Positions 39,220 to 48,410 are shown, counted from the stretch's first letter. The stretch: 63,373 bases of DNA from Candidatus Peregrinibacteria bacterium (GCA_016220175.1 JACRHZ010000075.1:1-63373), one strand, 5' to 3'. Numbers and translations: made by a program. The notes: generated from the letters alone by a model not told the origin.

Positions 39220-40104
39220 TTATTGTATCATTTTTTGAGGTAAAAAACAAGGATTCAGGGCGAGAATTCCTAGAGAAATGGGGCTCTTCATCTTAGGGAA
39301 AATCGAGAGTTTCGCATGAGGGAAATGTTTGAGAACGATTTTTTTGATTTTTAATTTTTGTTTTTGAGAAAATTCAAAAATACACATATCGCACGGAAAC
39401 TTTTGAAGTTCTTGAAAAAATCTTCGATACAAAGAAAGTCCATCATTCCCGCTGAGTAAAGCTATTTTTGGGTCATATTTTTTTACTTCGACGGGAAGAA
39501 TATCACGCTTCGGTATGTAGGGAAGATTCGCAAGGACAAGAACCGGACATGGAGTATTTTTCGGAAGGCGAATATTTTTCAAAAGATTTGATTTTTTAAA
39601 AATAATATAAGAAGCGTGAAGTAGTCGAGCATTTTTTCGGGCTATTTTTAGCGCTTTTTCCGAAATATCAATGGCATACATCTGATGACATGCGGGAAGA
39701 TATTTTCTGAGCGAAATCGCAATACATCCGCTGCCCGTGCCAATGTCGAGAATGGTCGACTTTTCAAAATTCTTCAGAATTTCTAATGCTTTCTCTACGA
39801 GGATTTCGGTTTCCGGACGCGGAGTTAAGACGTGTTCATCGACATAAAACTCAAGTCCGAAAAATTCTTTTCGATGGAGAAGATGAGAAATGGGAGTTCC
39901 AAAAGTTCGTTTCTTAAGAAGAACAGAGTATTTCTTGAGATTTTTTTGAGAAAGAGAAGTGTTTCCATGTGCAAAAAGGTACGTGCGGGAAACACTCAGA
40001 ATATCGGCAAGAAGCACTTCCGCATCCAAATTCGGAGTATCATCTTTTTGGAGATATTTCTTCAGGCTTTTTTTTGCCATCTGTAAGGCTTCAGTAATGG
40101 TCAC
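39220..40104 (-). CDS. prmC: release-factor glutamine N5-methyltransferase
   Basis: DIGTGSGCIAISL and the NPPY-type motif ANLPYIP. The start is uncertain (GTG at 40104 or ATG at 40080). The long upstream extension in the ORF track overlaps heptamer repeats. Confidence 0.8.
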   Translation of the reverse strand: MTITEALQMAKKSLKKYLQKDDTPNLDAEVLLADILSVSRTYLFAHGNTSLSQKNLKKYSVLLKKRTFGTPISHLLHRKEFFGLEFYVDEHVLTPRPETEILVEKALEILKNFEKSTILDIGTGSGCIAISLRKYLPACHQMYAIDISEKALKIARKNARLLHASYIIFKKSNLLKNIRLPKNTPCPVLVLANLPYIPKRDILPVEVKKYDPKIALLSGNDGLSLYRRFFQELQKFPCDMCIFEFSQKQKLKIKKIVLKHFPHAKLSIFPKMKSPISLGILALNPCFLPQKMIQ

Positions 40105-40202
40105 ATTCAGAGAATAATTTCTAAAATTCAAAATTCTGTTTTGTGCTTTGTGTTTTGTACTTTGTACTTCTATAATATTTCCATCTTTCCGCTTGGAATC
40201 CA

Positions 40203-40721
40203 ATGAAAAAACGAGCACTCTACATCGGCAGATTTCAACCGATTCACCTTGGACATGTCGATGCAATCCAGCAAATACTTAAGCATCCAGATCATTTTGA
40301 CGAAATTATCATCGCTATCGGCAGCGCTGAAGACAGTTTTCTTCTGGAAAATCCGCTCACAGCTTCAGAACGATTTGAACTCATTCTCGGAGTCCTTGAA
40401 GAAATGAAGATTCCTCGAGAAAAAGTATGGATTCTTCCTGTTCGAAATATTGACAATTATGCCCTTTGGCCAGCGCACGTTATCCATCTCTGTCCTGAAT
40501 TTAATGCTGTTTTTTCAGGGTCTCCAATTGTGAGAAAGTTATTTCATGATTTCACTGAGAAAAAGGTATATGAAATAAATACAAAACGAGTGTGTATTTC
40601 CGCCACAGAAATTCGGAAAAAGGTAAAAAAAGGGGAAGATGTGTCATCATTTCTTCCAAAATCAGTGCAGGAATATTTGCAGAAATTGGATTTTCGGAAA
40701 AGGTTGCAGGAAATTGAATAA
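40203..40721 (+). CDS. nicotinamide-nucleotide adenylyltransferase, archaeal type
   Basis: RALYIGRFQPIHLGHVDAI (the cytidylyltransferase H-x-G-H motif). 172 aa. Confidence 0.8.
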   Translation: MKKRALYIGRFQPIHLGHVDAIQQILKHPDHFDEIIIAIGSAEDSFLLENPLTASERFELILGVLEEMKIPREKVWILPVRNIDNYALWPAHVIHLCPEFNAVFSGSPIVRKLFHDFTEKKVYEINTKRVCISATEIRKKVKKGEDVSSFLPKSVQEYLQKLDFRKRLQEIE

Positions 40722-40726
40722 AAATT

Positions 40727-40750
40727 TTCTGTCGTCGGACCCCGTCAACA
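40727..40750. repeat. TGTCGACG-type hairpin, copy 4 (opposite orientation, degenerate)
   Basis: ttctgtcgtcggaccccgtcaaca. Its first 12 nt are identical to the reverse complement of copy 1. Confidence 0.5.
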
Positions 40751-40805
40751 CTTTCGATCGCCTGTTTTTCTCTCTATTGTGAAGAAATTCAAGTCTTCTC
40801 TTTTT

Positions 40806-41217
40806 TTTGTCACCCCGGACTTGATCCGGGGTCAAAGTATCATGTCTGATATAAACCATCGTTCCAATATGACCAGATATTTTTATGAAAACAGAGCATA
40901 TTATGTGTATATCCTGAGTAATATAAAGAGAACTGTTCTGTATGTTGGCGTAACAAATAATCTCGAAAGGAGAATGCTTGAGCATAAAGCAAAATTGAAG
41001 GATGGATCCACAAAGAAATATGGAGTTCAGAGATTGATGTATTTTGAAGAATATCAGTATATTGGAGATGCAATTTATCGTGAAAAACAATTGAAAAAAT
41101 GGAGAAGAAAATGGAAGGAAGAGCTTATGGAAAAAGAAAATCCTCTTTGGAAAGATCTGGCTGAATCGTGGAACGATGATTGCATCTTTGACCCCGGATC
41201 AAGTCCGGGGTGACAAA
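40806..41217 (+). mobile_element. GIY-YIG gene cassette bounded by perfect 32-bp terminal inverted repeats
   Basis: Left arm 40806-40837 (tttgtcaccccggacttgatccggggtcaaag) is the exact reverse complement of right arm 41186-41217. Each arm is itself a hairpin (ACCCCGGA/TCCGGGGT). Confidence 0.55.
40842..41213 (+). CDS. GIY-YIG nuclease family protein (UPF0213-like)
   Basis: YYVYILSNIKRTVLYVGVTNNLERRMLEH and REKQLKKWRRKWK. The ORF reads through the right inverted repeat (..DPGSSPG*). Confidence 0.8.
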   Translation: MSDINHRSNMTRYFYENRAYYVYILSNIKRTVLYVGVTNNLERRMLEHKAKLKDGSTKKYGVQRLMYFEEYQYIGDAIYREKQLKKWRRKWKEELMEKENPLWKDLAESWNDDCIFDPGSSPG

Positions 41218-41375
41218 GACCGATATTGACCATAATTTGAGGAGTTTTGTTGTTTTTAATAATGGCGAAGTACAAAACATCCTGCCGTGCTTTGGACCTT
41301 TAAAGGAAAACAAACAAATGGAACCGCGCTAAAAACGCGCTTCCGCGGAAAGTTTGTGGTGGTGGAGTAAAAATT

Positions 41376-42185
41376 TTACTTGTATTCAGCAATAACAAAT
41401 TTATCTATTGGCTTAAAACCAATACTTTTGTAAACTTTTTGAGCGGCGATGTTATCATTGCCTGTGAAAAGCAATCCATACTTTATTCCCTTTTGAAAAT
41501 AATATTCGCATAATTTGCTCACGACCTTTTTCGCCAGTCCTTGTCCTCTAAATGCTTCTAACGTTCCCACACCGCCTATTTGAAAGTAATTTTTTGAATA
41601 CCCGTGAAGATTCGCCTTTGATACGATTTTGTTTCTCATTTTCATAAAAAATGTGTGTTCATGGAGAATTTTCTTTCTCTCTTTTGACCTGATTTCCCCT
41701 TTTTCTTTTGAAAAACCAATTTTTCTATCAAATTTAACAATATCATCAATATCTTTTTTAGAACCTTTTTCTTCGATCCCCGCTGAAAAATTTCGGAAAG
41801 TTTTTTTTGTGAGAATGAATACAATATCATTCATTATTTTTTTTGGCTTTTTCTTATGGATTTTCTCAAATCTCTCAATCATTCCCTTTGCATATTTCTT
41901 AAATGCAGGAACACATCCAATATTTAATTTTTCACGAACTCCATAATCAACAAGTGCTTCAAGGACTTTTATTCTATTGGCGTTAATCACAAAACTTCCA
42001 AATTTTCCAAAAAATGTAGCAAGTCCTATTAAACTTCCCCTTTGAAAGTATCCGTAGTATTTGTTTATAGAGAATGGTTTTTTGTCATTTTTAAAACTAC
42101 CGATAACAAAAAGATTTTCTCTTTCTCTTTTGTAGCAGAAATCAAGTATTTGTTGCTGGTTTTTTAGGGTTAGCTTTTTAATCAT
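41376..42185 (-). CDS. GNAT-family N-acetyltransferase
   Basis: C-terminal QIGGVGTLEAFRGQGLAKKVV (acetyl-CoA binding motif A) and AAQKVYKSIGF. Confidence 0.75.
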   Translation of the reverse strand: MIKKLTLKNQQQILDFCYKRERENLFVIGSFKNDKKPFSINKYYGYFQRGSLIGLATFFGKFGSFVINANRIKVLEALVDYGVREKLNIGCVPAFKKYAKGMIERFEKIHKKKPKKIMNDIVFILTKKTFRNFSAGIEEKGSKKDIDDIVKFDRKIGFSKEKGEIRSKERKKILHEHTFFMKMRNKIVSKANLHGYSKNYFQIGGVGTLEAFRGQGLAKKVVSKLCEYYFQKGIKYGLLFTGNDNIAAQKVYKSIGFKPIDKFVIAEYK

Positions 42186-42476
42186 TCACTTATATCTGAT
42201 CTTTAAAAGCAATATCGAAAGTGCGAGGAAAAATCCTATGACACTCATAATTCCTATCGGATAGTTCGGTTTTAAAAATCCGTAAACTGACCACAACATC
42301 AAACCAGAGGTATAAATGGTGTACCGACTAAGAGATAAATCTTTTGTGGATTTTGTTTTCCAGCTTTTTATTGTTTGCGGAATCAAAGAAATAGTCACAA
42401 GAATGCCGGCAATGTATCCCAATATATCGATGTATGGCATGCGAGAATTAAAATTCGAATCTGTTTTTTTTGGCAA
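42186..42476 (-). CDS. SemiSWEET / PQ-loop family transporter
   Basis: 96 aa, 3 TM segments, with the LIPQTIKSWKTKSTKDLS PQ motif. Confidence 0.6.
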   Translation of the reverse strand: MPKKTDSNFNSRMPYIDILGYIAGILVTISLIPQTIKSWKTKSTKDLSLSRYTIYTSGLMLWSVYGFLKPNYPIGIMSVIGFFLALSILLLKIRYK

Positions 42477-42863
42477 TTAACTGCGGATAATCTTCCTGCA
42501 TTTCTTCCTCCCACAATTACATTCCATATAAGTATTAGGAGGCAATTCTTCGCTGTAATCCGCAGTAATCTCTTCTCCTTGTTGAATATCTCTCATGGCA
42601 ACATCACAAAAATGCTGAGCAGTGGTGTTTGGTTCACATGAATGATTTACATACTTTTCAGGTTCTTGCAGTATCACATACTTACCATCTAAAAACGAAA
42701 TGTACTTTTTTTCCTCGTTAGACATTTTTTCCACTTTTTCTTTTGGCAATGTATGTGAAGTATCCCAATGCAAAACAATTTCCCCCTTCTTAAAATCACG
42801 ATGTGCGAACACTCCTTTTCCTTCAATCCCAGAATTTTTGACGAGGACTTGATCTGTTTTCAT
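42477..42863 (-). CDS. SET-domain protein (putative lysine methyltransferase)
   Basis: GIEGKGVFA, NHSCEPN, EEITADY, and a post-SET Cys cluster (CNCGRKKC). Confidence 0.8.
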   Translation of the reverse strand: MKTDQVLVKNSGIEGKGVFAHRDFKKGEIVLHWDTSHTLPKEKVEKMSNEEKKYISFLDGKYVILQEPEKYVNHSCEPNTTAQHFCDVAMRDIQQGEEITADYSEELPPNTYMECNCGRKKCRKIIRS

Positions 42864-42914
42864 ATCTCACAAAAAGTTGTCGACTTTGTTAAACGTATCC
42901 TCATTCGTAATTGA

Positions 42915-44603
42915 TTATTGAATTCTCGTCTCTCCGAGCGAATCTCCCGCTGCGACCATGGGGAACACATTTTCTTCCTGCGAAACATTACATTCGATCA
43001 GTACTGGACCTTTGATTTTTCGGGCTTTCTTAATCGCTTCACGCGTTTCTTTTTGATTATTTGCACGAAATCCCGGAATTTCATTTGCTTCTGCGAGCTT
43101 CACGAAATCTGGGGTTTTCATGTCGACGAATGAATAGGTTTTATCATGGAAAAGTTCCTGCCACTGACGCACCATTCCGAGGTAATGATTGTTGATAATC
43201 ATCATTTTCAGTGGAATTTTATCTTGAATGAGTGTGATAAGTTCCTGTGAATTCATCTGAAATCCGCCATCGCCAGAAACACTCCAGACTTCCTCGTCTG
43301 GCATCGCGAGTTGAATCCCCATCGCTGTTGGAAGAGAAAATCCCATGGCGCCAAGACCTCCAGAATAAAAATGGGAATTTTCTTTTTTTACGGGAAATAC
43401 TTGTGCTGCCCACATTTGGTGCTGACCAACGTCAGGAACAAAAAGGACGTTTCCCTTCGTTTCTTCTGCGAGAATGCTCAGGGCATCGCACGCTCTCAGC
43501 GTATTCAAACATTTTCGGTCTTCACACGCATGGACTTTTTCAATTGCGAATTTATCTTTCCACGTATCAATAACCTTCCACCACGATTCGCATTTTTTCT
43601 GTTTGAGGAGTGGATTCAGTTTTTTCAAAGTTTCGGAAATATCTCCGATGAGAGGGACCGTCACTCGAACATTTTTTTCAATTTCAGAAGGATCAATTTC
43701 AAAGTGAATTACCTTTGCATCAGGAGCAAAATCTTTGAGTCTTCCGGTAATACGATCATCAAAACGAGATCCTAATGAAATCACGAGATCGGAATTATGA
43801 ACTGCATAATTTGCATACACATTTCCGTGCATTCCGAGAAGCCCGAGATTTTTTGAATGTGCGCTCGGAAGTGCGCTGAGTCCATGAAGTGTACAGACTG
43901 CGGGAATATCAGATTTTTCCAAAAAAGATTTAAGTTCCTGAAAAGCGCGAGAAATTACTACTCCATGCCCAACAATTGCCACTGGTTTTTTCGATGCCTG
44001 AATGAGATCACGAGCTTTTTCTAAATCTGAAGAAGAAACGCTGTGAATTTTTGGAAATCCCGGAAGAGAAACTTTTTTCGGATATTCATATTTCGCTGTT
44101 TTTAAAAACGCATCTTTCGTGATGTCGATATGCACTGGACCAGGACGTCCATTTTGCGCGATATAAAAAGCTTCCTTGATCACTCTTGCCAAATCTTTGG
44201 GATCGGAAACAAAATAGCTGTGCTTTACCACAGGAAGAAAAATTCCAATGGAATCAGTTTCCTGAAATGCATCACTCCCGAGAAGATGCGAGTGCACTTG
44301 CCCAGTAACGGCAATCATCGGAATAGAATCGAGCATTGCATCCGCAACTCCGGTAACGAGATTTGTCGCGCCGGGACCAGAAGTTGCAAAACATACTCCC
44401 GGTTTTCCGGTTGCGCGACCAACTCCATTTGCCGCAAATGCGGCTGCTTGTTCATGACGAACAAGAATATGTCGAAGTTTTGGATACTTTACGAGTCGAT
44501 CGTAGAGCGGAATCACCGAGCCTCCTGGATATCCGAAGACGAGACGAACTCCTTCTTGTATTATGCTCTGCAGTAATATATCAGCACCGCTTATTTCCGT
44601 CAT
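42915..44603 (-). CDS. ilvB: acetolactate synthase large subunit (ThDP-dependent)
   Basis: GYPGGSVIPLYD and GDGGFQMN..EL ThDP motif. 562 aa. Confidence 0.92.
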   Translation of the reverse strand: MTEISGADILLQSIIQEGVRLVFGYPGGSVIPLYDRLVKYPKLRHILVRHEQAAAFAANGVGRATGKPGVCFATSGPGATNLVTGVADAMLDSIPMIAVTGQVHSHLLGSDAFQETDSIGIFLPVVKHSYFVSDPKDLARVIKEAFYIAQNGRPGPVHIDITKDAFLKTAKYEYPKKVSLPGFPKIHSVSSSDLEKARDLIQASKKPVAIVGHGVVISRAFQELKSFLEKSDIPAVCTLHGLSALPSAHSKNLGLLGMHGNVYANYAVHNSDLVISLGSRFDDRITGRLKDFAPDAKVIHFEIDPSEIEKNVRVTVPLIGDISETLKKLNPLLKQKKCESWWKVIDTWKDKFAIEKVHACEDRKCLNTLRACDALSILAEETKGNVLFVPDVGQHQMWAAQVFPVKKENSHFYSGGLGAMGFSLPTAMGIQLAMPDEEVWSVSGDGGFQMNSQELITLIQDKIPLKMMIINNHYLGMVRQWQELFHDKTYSFVDMKTPDFVKLAEANEIPGFRANNQKETREAIKKARKIKGPVLIECNVSQEENVFPMVAAGDSLGETRIQ

Positions 44604-44655
44604 GTTTTCAACAAAAATGTATGAGTATTTTCTTGGTTTTTTGCTGAAGATTCAA

Positions 44656-44733
44656 GTCAATTACGAATTACAAATTACGAATTACGAATAAAAAAACTAA
44701 ATACTGACAACTTGATCGTAATTCGTAATTGAC
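44656..44733. repeat. heptamer (ATTACGA) inverted array
   Basis: gtcaattacgaattacaaattacgaattacgaata ... cgtaattcgtaattgac. Confidence 0.8.
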
Positions 44734-44734
44734 T

Positions 44735-45637
44735 TTACCATTTCTCCGGTCGCACTTCCTTTTTTTCCGCATCCCAAAGAAATGGATTCGTCACAAATAC
44801 GTTTTTGGTGAGTTCTTCCAGAATTATCCCCCGATCTGACACGAGATCTTTGTGGATAACCTGATTTTCTAAAATGTCGATAAGCTTTGTGATCTCTTCA
44901 TCCTTGGGAATTTTTTTACCGATGAGTTCCGAAACTTTTGACTCAAGAGGAATATACACTGTAATTTTTTGAAGAAGAAAAAGCTTTCCCACTTCTTCTA
45001 TCTTATCGAGCAAATAGTTCTTTTCTTCATCTAATTCGGCATTTTGATATTGTTCAATAATGTTCCAAAAAGCAATTTCCACTTTTCCTTTTCGCGCTTC
45101 GAGTGTTGGGATAAGTGTTTTTGCTCCGCGAAGGCATCCAGATTTTGTGAGACATCGCTCATATGCGGCAATCGCTTTGTCGTAATCTTCGAGATAATAA
45201 AAAGAGAGAAATCCAAGATCAAAAGAAATTTGCCAGTCATTCGGAACATTTTTTTCACCCTTCAATAAAATTTCTTCAGCTTCAGGATATTTTTGTACTG
45301 AAGGAAGCATCAGTCCGGCAAAGTGATACACATATGCAAATTTCGGATCGAGATCAGTAATGGTTTGAGAAAATCCTTCGAGCGCGGGGAATTCCCTGAG
45401 CCGCGCATTTCCTCCCACATACTGAAGTGTTCTCAGCCAAAATAAATCCGCTAAAAAATTATCAAAACCCAGCGCAAAATATTTCAGTTCCTTTCCGCTA
45501 TTAAACGCGGTAATGGGAGCTTTATCAGAAAAAAAACGATTTTCATGAAATGGGAAAAGACTCATTTGTCCTTCCCAGATTCCCAGAAAAGAAATTCCTA
45601 TGAAAACGACGAGAACAAGCGTTCGAAATATTTTCAT
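44735..45637 (-). CDS. hypothetical membrane-anchored TPR-like protein
   Basis: 300 aa, N-terminal TM segment, helical-repeat character (DYDKAIAAYERCL). Confidence 0.45.
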   Translation of the reverse strand: MKIFRTLVLVVFIGISFLGIWEGQMSLFPFHENRFFSDKAPITAFNSGKELKYFALGFDNFLADLFWLRTLQYVGGNARLREFPALEGFSQTITDLDPKFAYVYHFAGLMLPSVQKYPEAEEILLKGEKNVPNDWQISFDLGFLSFYYLEDYDKAIAAYERCLTKSGCLRGAKTLIPTLEARKGKVEIAFWNIIEQYQNAELDEEKNYLLDKIEEVGKLFLLQKITVYIPLESKVSELIGKKIPKDEEITKLIDILENQVIHKDLVSDRGIILEELTKNVFVTNPFLWDAEKKEVRPEKW

Positions 45638-45694
45638 GAGAGAAAAATGATCAGCATATTTTTTCGCAAGGAAATCAAGAAAAATCTCGATTTC

Positions 45695-46447
45695 TCACAC
45701 AAATTGTTTTCGAGAAAATATGAGGATAGCGAAGATAAGGAAGAGGAGGATAAAAAGAACAGCAGTGAGGACAATGTAAAAAATATCAAGAGACGTATAG
45801 GGAATATCGTACAAAATATAATTTTTTAAATTCAAACTGCTAAAATTCGGCATGATGACATAGATGACATTGGAAAATTTTTGAAACACTTCTCCTCCAA
45901 AATGCGCTGAAAGAATTTTCAGAGATGCTGTGGTATTTCCGACTACAAAGAGAAGTATTCCCGCTACGGAAGAAAGGAGTGGAGACATGAACGATGAAAG
46001 AAATAATACGAGTGCAAGGAGAAGCAAAAAAGAGAGATAGAGGAGTGCGACTGTGAGAAGTATTGCGAAAGAAAACGGAACAAGGAAAAAATACACTCCC
46101 GTCATCAGCATGGTCGTCAAAAAAAGTACGGCGCCAAGTCCAAAAAATTTCCCCAGAATAATGGAACTTCTCGGAATTGGTTTTGGAATAAGGAGGAAAA
46201 TAGTTTTTTTATCAATTTCATTGAAAATCAGCCTGCTTCCGACAAATATGGTGAGAAAAATTCCAAAAAGGTGAATCATCGAAATGCCAAAATTTGCCAC
46301 GAGTCTTTGCTCTTGCCCTACCGCGAGTTTTCCAGCAAGTGGTGCTGCGAGAAGAAAGAGAAATCCAAAAACAAAAATAACAGAGAGAATTCGGTCTCGA
46401 ATTGCTTCTCGGAATGCGTTTTTTGCCAGAGAAAAAAGGACATTCAT
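45695..46447 (-). CDS. ABC-2 type transporter permease
   Basis: 250 aa, 6 TM segments. Overlaps the upstream ATPase gene by 4 nt. Confidence 0.6.
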   Translation of the reverse strand: MNVLFSLAKNAFREAIRDRILSVIFVFGFLFLLAAPLAGKLAVGQEQRLVANFGISMIHLFGIFLTIFVGSRLIFNEIDKKTIFLLIPKPIPRSSIILGKFFGLGAVLFLTTMLMTGVYFFLVPFSFAILLTVALLYLSFLLLLALVLFLSSFMSPLLSSVAGILLFVVGNTTASLKILSAHFGGEVFQKFSNVIYVIMPNFSSLNLKNYILYDIPYTSLDIFYIVLTAVLFILLFLIFAILIFSRKQFV

Positions 46448-47169
46448 GTGCGTTTTTGAGTAATAATGGAAACAAAAACTTCTTCGAGCGGAATGGTGTA
46501 ATTTTTGGTAATTACTTTCACGGTATCGTCCAGAATAATTTTTCCACGATCAATAATTGCCGCATGATCGCAGAGATCTTCGACATCAGAAAGAATGTGA
46601 GAATTAAAAAATACGGTTTTTCCATTTTTCTTGAGATTCAAAATAATGTCTTTTACTTCTTTTCGCCCAAGAGGATCAAGTCCTGCCATCGGTTCATCGA
46701 GAACTACAAGCTCAGGATTGTTAATAAGCGCTTGCGCAAGACCAAGACGCTGTTGCATTCCTTTGGAATATGTTCGAATCTTTGTATTCCATGCTTCTTT
46801 TTTGAGATGAACACTCAGAAGTGATTCGCCGATTTTTTTCTGAATTTTTACTCGCGGAATTCCAAAAATATTCGCACACATTTCAAGAAATTCCACTGCT
46901 GTAAGATACTGATAAAAATACGGATTTTCTGGGAGGAATCCAATTTTTGTTTTCACCCGAAAATCTTCAGGAGTGGAATCAAGAATCGAAATTTTTCCAG
47001 AAGTTGGACGCATGAGTCCCATCATCATTTTTACAGTTGTCGTTTTTCCAGCTCCATTTGGTCCCAAAAATCCAAAAACTTCTCCCTTTTTCACATTCAG
47101 CGAAATTTTCTCAACTGATGGAGTTTTTGTTCCTGGATATATTTTGGTAAGATGAGAAATGGAAATCAT
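46444..47169 (-). CDS. ABC transporter ATP-binding protein
   Basis: GFLGPNGAGKTT, YSKGMQQRLGLAQAL, and LVVLDEP. Start set at MISISHL (47169). Confidence 0.88.
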   Translation of the reverse strand: MISISHLTKIYPGTKTPSVEKISLNVKKGEVFGFLGPNGAGKTTTVKMMMGLMRPTSGKISILDSTPEDFRVKTKIGFLPENPYFYQYLTAVEFLEMCANIFGIPRVKIQKKIGESLLSVHLKKEAWNTKIRTYSKGMQQRLGLAQALINNPELVVLDEPMAGLDPLGRKEVKDIILNLKKNGKTVFFNSHILSDVEDLCDHAAIIDRGKIILDDTVKVITKNYTIPLEEVFVSIITQKRT

Positions 47170-47624
47170 CACGTTTCGATAAGGAAAACTCTGCTGAGAT
47201 TGTATCCAAAAGTAGATTTTTTGCAATGAGGAAAAAGGCGATCGGGCAGTAATTTTCTGGTAACGATTCCATTGTGTTTTATAAGGAGAAATGGAGATGC
47301 TTGTTGACTTCCTCTCGTAATCGTCATCCCGACTGCAGACGCGAAACATTAGGAAGAATTCATGAAACACTGAGGGTGTCTTTTTGGAGGGATCTCACTT
47401 GACCATAAATATACACTGAATAAGGTGTACAGAGATTGGTGACAAGAGATTCCTCCCGTTCGTAAAGTTCACCCATCACACATCTTCCTGAAGCTGAATT
47501 ACTGCGGTCGGAATGACGAAAAGCGTAGTGGGAACTTACTTCTATCGAATTCTCATCCAATGATTTTGAAAGAGAATCGAGAAAATTTTGCTTTCCTGCG
47601 CTATTTCTGGTAAAATAATATGAA

Positions 47625-48248
47625 ATGCAAGAACCTTTTTCCAAGAATATGTCGGAATCTCCATCGAATACCACTGCTCAAAATCTCCCAGATGATATTG
47701 AAAAAAATAAAGATATCGCAGCATTTTCCTACATCCTTATTTTCGCTCCTATTCTCCTCATAAGTCGCAGAGATAGCGACTTTATAAAGCATCATGCACT
47801 TCAGGCACTCTATCTCGGATTTTTCTTTGTGATTTTCGCCATGCTTCCCTGGGGTCTCAATTATTTGAATATTCTCATTGTAGCCGGTGCACTTATGGGA
47901 TTTTTGGAAGCACAGGCGGGACGATATTATAAAATACCAGTTGTTTCTGATCTTATTGTTCGAAAAATTACTCTCGAATCGACTTTTCAGAAACTGAAAA
48001 ATTTCGTTTTTAAAATAGGGAATATTCTGAGAAGAATTTTTACGGAAGGACCTGGATTTGCCGTGAGAGAAACTGCTGAAGCTATTGAAAAGGCTCGCGG
48101 AATTGACGCCCTGAGGGTACACAGCGAAGTTGAAGAAGTGCGAAAAGTTCTCGAAAAAACAAATGAAAAACTCAAGGTTCTGGAAACAGACCTGATTGCT
48201 CTCAAGAGTAACACAAGCTCCAAGCAGGAATTAGGAATTAGGAAGTAG
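47625..48248 (+). CDS. DUF4870-like membrane protein with a C-terminal coiled coil
   Basis: HHALQALYLG and GRYYKIPVV. Paralogous in style to 5073-5444. Confidence 0.5.
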   Translation: MQEPFSKNMSESPSNTTAQNLPDDIEKNKDIAAFSYILIFAPILLISRRDSDFIKHHALQALYLGFFFVIFAMLPWGLNYLNILIVAGALMGFLEAQAGRYYKIPVVSDLIVRKITLESTFQKLKNFVFKIGNILRRIFTEGPGFAVRETAEAIEKARGIDALRVHSEVEEVRKVLEKTNEKLKVLETDLIALKSNTSSKQELGIRK

Positions 48249-48410
48249 GAATTAGGAAGTAGGAATTAGGAAGTAGGAATAAGGAAGCAGGAATAAGGAA
48301 GTAGGAATACGGCTTTATAGAGATGACACTTTTCGAATGTCATTTCTTGAGTGTTGCACCTCTTCCTTATCCATTATTCCTAATTCCTGCTTCCTAATTC
48401 CTACTTCCTT
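48224..48410. repeat. large inverted array of 14-mer (GGAAGTA+GGAATTA) heptamer pairs
   Basis: Left arm 48224-48308 has ~6 units. Right arm 48361-48410 is its complement with ~3.5 units. A central hairpin ATGACA...TGTCAT is present. The arms run into the 3' codons of both convergent genes. Confidence 0.85.

Noticed and set aside
47170-47624. RNase P RNA, tmRNA or SRP RNA in the long spacer
   Set aside because: None of the signature strings I know was seen on either strand. These include the P4 GAGGAAAGTCC, the tmRNA tRNA-like 3' end, and the SRP GGAA/AGCA domain IV motifs.
47360-47674. 104-aa minus-strand ORF in the long divergent spacer
   Set aside because: It overlaps the start of the 47625 gene by 50 nt. 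No motif was recognised. It is reported only as part of the spacer finding.
48224-48410. Possible CRISPR array (regular short repeats here and at 49982-50020 and 44656-44733)
   Set aside because: The repeat units are 7 or 14 nt, directly abutting with no unique spacers. They are arranged as inverted arms. No cas genes are in the window.
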